Shown here: one piece after another, positions 59,657 to 64,000 of the stretch | Layout of the letters: the number at the start of each line of letters is the position of its first letter | Numbering within the stretch: position 1 is the first letter of the stretch | Assembly (NCBI GenBank): GCA_963840225.1 | Contig: CAWIYH010000002.1 | Location: forward strand, 135,934 to 199,933 | Length of the DNA stretch: 64,000 nt | Direction of reading: 5' to 3' | Source of the DNA: an uncultured Acidobacteriota bacterium | GTDB lineage: Bacteria > Acidobacteriota > Vicinamibacteria > Vicinamibacterales > CAVVIG01 | Program-made: the position numbers and the translations under genes | Notes under the pieces: generated by a model | Databases searched by the model: none | What the model was told of the DNA's origin: nothing | The model's input: only the letters and a program-made list of their open reading frames with translations

Positions 59657-60569
59657 ACCCGAGGTGTCGGTCGTCGTGCCCGTCTTCAACGGCGCGGCGA
59701 CCCTCCGCGTGCTGGACGCCGCGATCCGCGACGTCATCGCGTCGCTGAACCTTCGCGCCGAAGTGGTATTCGTCGACGACGGCAGCACCGACGACTCGTG
59801 GCCGGTCATCCTGGAGCTCAAGGCGCGGCACGGCGACGCGCTGCGCGGATTCCGTCTGGCGCGCAACTCGGGCCAGCAGGCGGCCACCTACTGCGGCCTG
59901 CTCGAGGCGCGCGGTCGGTGGGTGGTCACGATTGACGACGACCTCCAGCCGCACCCGCGCGAGATCCGCAAGCTCTGGGAGCACGCGCAATCGGCCTGCC
60001 GGGACGTGGTCTACGGCGTCTACGCCAGGGCACGTCACCCGCTGGCGCACCGCATCGGCGCGCGCGTGTTCCGGATGCTGCTGAGACGCGTCGCGCCGCG
60101 CTTTCCGGACGGGTCGTCGTTCCGGCTGATTCGCGGCGAGGTCGTGCGGTCGATGCCGCGGCACCTCGGCCCGTGGGTCTTCGTCGACGCCGTCCTGGCG
60201 TGGCAGACCGCCGACATCGGCTCGGTCGTCGTCGAGCACGGCGGTCGCGGGTCGGGCCGATCGGGATACACGCTTCCGGCGCTCGCGGCGGTCGTCTCGA
60301 CGCTGCTGTTCACGCACAGCACCGTGCCGCTGCGCATCATGACGGGGATCGGCCTGCTCTCGGCGGTCGGGTCGTTCGGGCTCGGCGTCTATTTCCTCAT
60401 CCAGAAGCTGACGGTCGGCGCGCAGATCGGCTTTTCCGCGCTGATCGTGACGATCTCCTTCTCCTCGGGCCTCATCCTTCTGAGCCTGGGGATCCTGGGC
60501 GAATACATCTCGCGCATCCACACCATGGTGTCGGGCGAGCCTGCGTTCGCGATCAAGACGACGGCCTGA
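59646..60569 (+). CDS. GT2 polyprenyl-phosphate glycosyltransferase (ArnC/GtrB/DPM1-like)
   Basis: VSVVVPVFNGAATL, VFVDDGSTDDS, TIDDDLQ, and two C-terminal TM helices. Confidence 0.9.
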   Translation: MTPEPEVSVVVPVFNGAATLRVLDAAIRDVIASLNLRAEVVFVDDGSTDDSWPVILELKARHGDALRGFRLARNSGQQAATYCGLLEARGRWVVTIDDDLQPHPREIRKLWEHAQSACRDVVYGVYARARHPLAHRIGARVFRMLLRRVAPRFPDGSSFRLIRGEVVRSMPRHLGPWVFVDAVLAWQTADIGSVVVEHGGRGSGRSGYTLPALAAVVSTLLFTHSTVPLRIMTGIGLLSAVGSFGLGVYFLIQKLTVGAQIGFSALIVTISFSSGLILLSLGILGEYISRIHTMVSGEPAFAIKTTA

Positions 60570-61192
60570 TGCGGTTCCTGCGGTTCGGCGTCACGCTCGA
60601 GCGGCTCGAAGCGCGGCACCTCGAGCTCGTTCGCGCGTGGCGCAACAGCGAATGGGTGCGCCCGTACATGCGGTATCGGGACCTCGTCGGCCCCGACGAT
60701 CAGGTGCGGTGGTTCGACCGGCTCGATCCGCGCCGCGACTGGTATTTCTGCGCCGACGTCGGCGGGGCGCCGTTCGGGCTCTTCCACGTCAAGGGCGCCG
60801 ACCGGGAGTCCGGAGAGGCGGGCGGCTTCGTCGGTCGTCCCGACTTCATCGGACGGCCGGAGCCGGCGCAGGCGACGCTCGCCCTGATGGACTTTGCGTT
60901 CCTGCTGCTGGAGCTCGGATCGCTCGAAGCGCAGTATCGCGCCGCGCTGACCCGGGTCGTCCGCTTCAACGGCCAGCTCGGGTACGTGGTCTTCCGGGAG
61001 GAGCCGGACGGATTCGTCCGGGCGCGGGTGTCCTCAGGCACGTACTTCGCAACCGCAGACCCGTACCGGCGGGCCGCCATGTCGCTCTGCGGCACGGGCG
61101 CGACCGTCTCCGAGCCCGATTCGTGGCTGGCGCGACGGATCGCCGAGGCGGCCGCGCGGTTCCCGCCGGGCTTCGAGCTGCAACTGACCTGA
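60569..61192 (+). CDS. GNAT-family N-acetyltransferase (PseH/RimL-like, tentative)
   Basis: LERLEARHLELVRAWRNSEWVRPYM...DDQVRWFDRL...FGLFHVKG is the pattern of aminosugar N-acetyltransferases. The ATG overlaps the upstream stop (TGATG). Confidence 0.65.
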   Translation: MRFLRFGVTLERLEARHLELVRAWRNSEWVRPYMRYRDLVGPDDQVRWFDRLDPRRDWYFCADVGGAPFGLFHVKGADRESGEAGGFVGRPDFIGRPEPAQATLALMDFAFLLLELGSLEAQYRAALTRVVRFNGQLGYVVFREEPDGFVRARVSSGTYFATADPYRRAAMSLCGTGATVSEPDSWLARRIAEAAARFPPGFELQLT

Positions 61193-61220
61193 GCTGTGAC
61201 CTCGCCGCAGGCGCGACCTG

Positions 61221-62108
61221 TCACCAGGCGCTCGGTCGCGGTCGCCAGCGCCGCGGCTCGAGCATGAGGGCCAGCCGGATCGGAATGGCTGGATGCCGGC
61301 CCCAGCGCCACATGCGGTACGCGACGTTCCGGTCGCCCCAGGGGAACCTGCGGCTGTCCATCTCCGGCCGCATCTGCCGGATCGTCTTCCAGAACTCGCC
61401 CCTGTTGTGGGCCAGGTACTCCGGATCGCGCTTCTTGAAGATCTCCATGCCGACGTGATAGGTGAGGGCGTCGCGTTCGAACAGGGCGAATCGCCGCGCC
61501 CAGCAGAACAGGTTCTGCGAGAAGAGCATCTCGACGAACGGAATGCCGATGCACACGTCACCGAGCCGGAACCTCGGGTAGAGCGATCGATCGAAGACGA
61601 AGCAGTCGAAGCCCGGATGCGGCTCGCCCTTCAGCGCCCAGATGGCCGGCAGATCCTCGACATGCCGGTACCCTGCGGGAACGCGCCGGCGGTTGATGAT
61701 GAACGCATCCAGGCCGTCCCTGATTCGAGCGACGACGGCCTCGTAGAACGAGGGGTGCAGGATGATGTCGACGTTCGTGTAGATGAGATGGGAGGCCGAC
61801 GTCGACTCGTGCAGCCGGTCCATCAGGTCGCGCAGCAGCGGCAGCTTCCGCCGGACCGAAAAGCCGTGGAGGTCGGCCACCGATCGCTCGAGATCGCGCG
61901 TCCGGCTGAAATAGGGCGGGATGACGTCGTGGTCCTCGCGAAACTGCGCTGTGAGCAGATCGACGCGCGCGACGTCCCGGGCGGCGGCCGCCGCGTGTCG
62001 CATCGACTCGAACGTCAGCGGCTCGGTCTCCGCCAGCGCGGCGTCGACGGGGGCGCGCACCGGGTTGATCAGGTGAGCCAGGTGGATTCGTTCGGCCATC
62101 AGCGTCAT
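61221..62108 (-). CDS. hypothetical protein (possibly GT-A-like)
   Basis: Coherent composition and high GC3. IYTNVDIILHPSFY and DAFIINRRR hint at a nucleotide-sugar transferase fold. No firm family assignment. Confidence 0.55.
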   Translation of the reverse strand: MTLMAERIHLAHLINPVRAPVDAALAETEPLTFESMRHAAAAARDVARVDLLTAQFREDHDVIPPYFSRTRDLERSVADLHGFSVRRKLPLLRDLMDRLHESTSASHLIYTNVDIILHPSFYEAVVARIRDGLDAFIINRRRVPAGYRHVEDLPAIWALKGEPHPGFDCFVFDRSLYPRFRLGDVCIGIPFVEMLFSQNLFCWARRFALFERDALTYHVGMEIFKKRDPEYLAHNRGEFWKTIRQMRPEMDSRRFPWGDRNVAYRMWRWGRHPAIPIRLALMLEPRRWRPRPSAW

Positions 62109-62225
62109 GCCCGGGCGCGTCTCGAATTCCGCGGCTGCCGGTTGGGCCCTGTGCTATGCTCCGCGCTTCACGGCTGCGGAAGTGACGACGGACGGACGTC
62201 GGGCGCGGCCCGACCGAGGCAGCTC

Positions 62226-63227
62226 ATGTCGCACGGCATCCCGACCGCTCCGGCGATTGCGGCCGCCTCCCGATCGGCGTCGCCACGGGCCGGCTCTGTC
62301 GATCGCACGCGCGACGCCTTGAGAGCGCGGCTGGCCGACGCGCCTGCAGGCGACATCCTCTGCGAATACTTCGAACGGGGCAAGATGCTGCGCGCGCAGC
62401 TGGTCTTCGCCTCGTCGGCGGCGGTCGGCGGCGACCCGGACGAGGTCGCGGTGGGCGCCGAGGCGATCGAGCTTCTGCACGCCGCTTCGCTGTTCCACGA
62501 CGACATCGTCGACGGCGCCGCGGAGCGTCGCGGCCTCGCGTCGCTGCACGAGCGGCTCGGCGTGGGGCGCGCGCTCGTCGTCGGCGACGACCTGCTCCTC
62601 CGCGCGTTCGCCGCGCTCGGCGACGCCCGCGCGTGCCATCCCCCGACGCGGGTGCTGGAAGCCACCGACGCGCTCAATCAGCTCGCCCGCGCGTGCTGTC
62701 GCGGTCAGTTCGCCGAGCTGTGCGCCGACCGGTGGATCTCCGAGGAACAATACCTGGCGATCGTGCGCGGCAAGACGGCGGCGCCGTTCATCGCGGCCGG
62801 TCTGCTCGGGGTGGTGCTCGGCGGCGGCACCTCCGCGCATGCGGGCCGCATCAGGGTCTACGCCGAGGAGATCGGCGTCGCGTTCCAGATCGGCGACGAC
62901 CTGCTCGACCTGATCGGCGAGCCGGGAATGCTCGGCAAGCCCGTCGGCAATTCGGTGGCGCAGGGACGGCCCATGCTGCCGCTCATCTACCTGCGGCAGG
63001 TCGACCCCGACCTTGCCGCCGGCTGGCAGGGGCGCGTCGATCGAGGCCGCCCTCAAGCAGGCGCCGCGCTGCTCGACGAACGAGGCGTGCTCACGCGGGT
63101 GCGGAACGCGCAGCGCGCGCACGTCGACGCGGCGCTTGCCGCAATCAGCCAGTTCCCGGTGCCTGCCGGCGTCCACGAGCTGCGCGCGCTCGCGGCTCGC
63201 GCCACCTCGCCGGTCGGCGTCACCTAG
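62226..63227 (+). CDS. trans-polyprenyl diphosphate synthase
   Basis: FARM LLHAASLFHDDIVD and SARM FQIGDDLLD, with GKTAAPF between them. Confidence 0.9.
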   Translation: MSHGIPTAPAIAAASRSASPRAGSVDRTRDALRARLADAPAGDILCEYFERGKMLRAQLVFASSAAVGGDPDEVAVGAEAIELLHAASLFHDDIVDGAAERRGLASLHERLGVGRALVVGDDLLLRAFAALGDARACHPPTRVLEATDALNQLARACCRGQFAELCADRWISEEQYLAIVRGKTAAPFIAAGLLGVVLGGGTSAHAGRIRVYAEEIGVAFQIGDDLLDLIGEPGMLGKPVGNSVAQGRPMLPLIYLRQVDPDLAAGWQGRVDRGRPQAGAALLDERGVLTRVRNAQRAHVDAALAAISQFPVPAGVHELRALAARATSPVGVT

Positions 63228-64000
63228 ACGACCGCGTCGGCGCGGCGGCTTTCTGCGCGACTCCGCTGCCGGCCTCGGTACTCGAACAGATCCCCGAACA
63301 GCGCCCGCACCTCGGCCACGACGCCCGGTCGTTCGTGAATGACGACGCGCCTGCCCGAGCGCGCGAGCTCGACGGCCAGCGCGAGCCTCTGTGATTCGAC
63401 CAGGATGTCCGTGCCCGGCTTGTAGCTGAGCAAGTCGACGTGAATCGGCTCGTCTTCCGGATGGGTCTTGCGCAGTTCTTCCAGCTGAAAGGCTCGATGC
63501 CGCTCGTTCATGGCATCGGTCGCTTCCGCCTGGAGCAGGCGGCACCCGCGCTCCGCGGCGAACAGGTTCAACGCCCGGTTGTCCCGCGGGAGGCAGGGCC
63601 CGCCGTAGCCGAATCCGTATCGGAGGAAGGCCGTGCCGACACGCGGGTCGGCGCCGACGGCGGCGAGCACCCGCTCCGGATCGGCGTCCGCCCGCACGGC
63701 GAGATCGCCGATCGCGTTGGCGAAGGCGATCTTCATCGTCAGGAAGGCGTTCGTCGCGAGCTTGGCGATCTCGGCGGCGAGACGCGGCATGCGGTGAACC
63801 GACGGTTGGTTCCGGCAGGTTCGCCGGTAGATCTGCTCGATCCGGGTGCCGGCCGCGGCGTCCGCCTCGCCGATGAGCACCTGCGCCGGGCACTGCTGGT
63901 CGCGCATGATGCTGCCCTGCGCGACGAAACCCGGGCTGTAGCTCAGTCGGTAGTGTCCGGCGTCGGCCTCTGGCGCCCGGCCATCGCAGTAGCCGGGCAT
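63224..64000 (-). CDS. UDP-glucose/GDP-mannose dehydrogenase-family enzyme (N-terminus off window)
   Basis: AEIAKLATNAFLTMKIAFANAIGDL, GFGYGGPCLPRD (catalytic Cys), and a C-terminal UDP-binding domain. Confidence 0.85.
   Translation of the reverse strand: MPGYCDGRAPEADAGHYRLSYSPGFVAQGSIMRDQQCPAQVLIGEADAAAGTRIEQIYRRTCRNQPSVHRMPRLAAEIAKLATNAFLTMKIAFANAIGDLAVRADADPERVLAAVGADPRVGTAFLRYGFGYGGPCLPRDNRALNLFAAERGCRLLQAEATDAMNERHRAFQLEELRKTHPEDEPIHVDLLSYKPGTDILVESQRLALAVELARSGRRVVIHERPGVVAEVRALFGDLFEYRGRQRSRAESRRADAVV

Overview
This is a 64-kb, very GC-rich bacterial chromosomal window (roughly 70% GC by eye, with strong GC3 bias). Most long ORFs in the track are Arg/Ala/Gly/Pro-rich antisense shadows, and about 58 genes look real. 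I recognised no rRNA, tRNA, CRISPR array, transposase or integrase.

Gene order:
- A partial MocR regulator and an outer-membrane beta-barrel.
- An ArsR-SRPBCC-DinB block, followed by DUF1003 and VOC genes.
- A TolC-RND-MFP efflux operon, in which the RND gene changes frame near its 5' end.
- A sigma-54 block. It holds two paralogous GAF-GAF-AAA+ enhancer-binding proteins and a good -24/-12 promoter in front of a small NHLP/Os1348-like protein. It also holds a MocR regulator and a GrdB-like reductase gene interrupted by an in-frame TGA at the family's Sec position, which also carries a frameshift.
- Single genes: DUF3891, AraC, amidohydrolase and ACT.
- A 9.6-kb divergent cluster, my best candidate for an undescribed system. 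A single-module type I PKS with a terminal methyltransferase is translationally coupled to an unknown protein. It faces a tight four-gene operon of cytoplasmic beta-sandwich proteins I cannot assign, including two phasin-like paralogs and one protein with 17 Cys.
- An arsM-orf-arsC operon behind a textbook 12-2-12 ArsR/SmtB-type operator.
- A tandemly duplicated module of a small Cys-anchored protein plus a ~790-aa BNR/Asp-box beta-propeller, followed by a TMTC/PMT-like GT-C with TPRs.
- A glycoconjugate locus of more than 20 kb. It contains a DegT aminotransferase, a SAM methyltransferase, five PhyH dioxygenase domains in three genes and a UbiA-GT4 fusion. It also contains Wzm/Wzt, a B12-radical SAM enzyme, ACP-KASIII-ArnC-like GT2-GNAT, a polyprenyl synthase and a UDP-sugar dehydrogenase.

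Three single-nucleotide frame disruptions suggest either assembly indels or pseudogenisation. All family assignments come from motif recognition by eye, not database searches.
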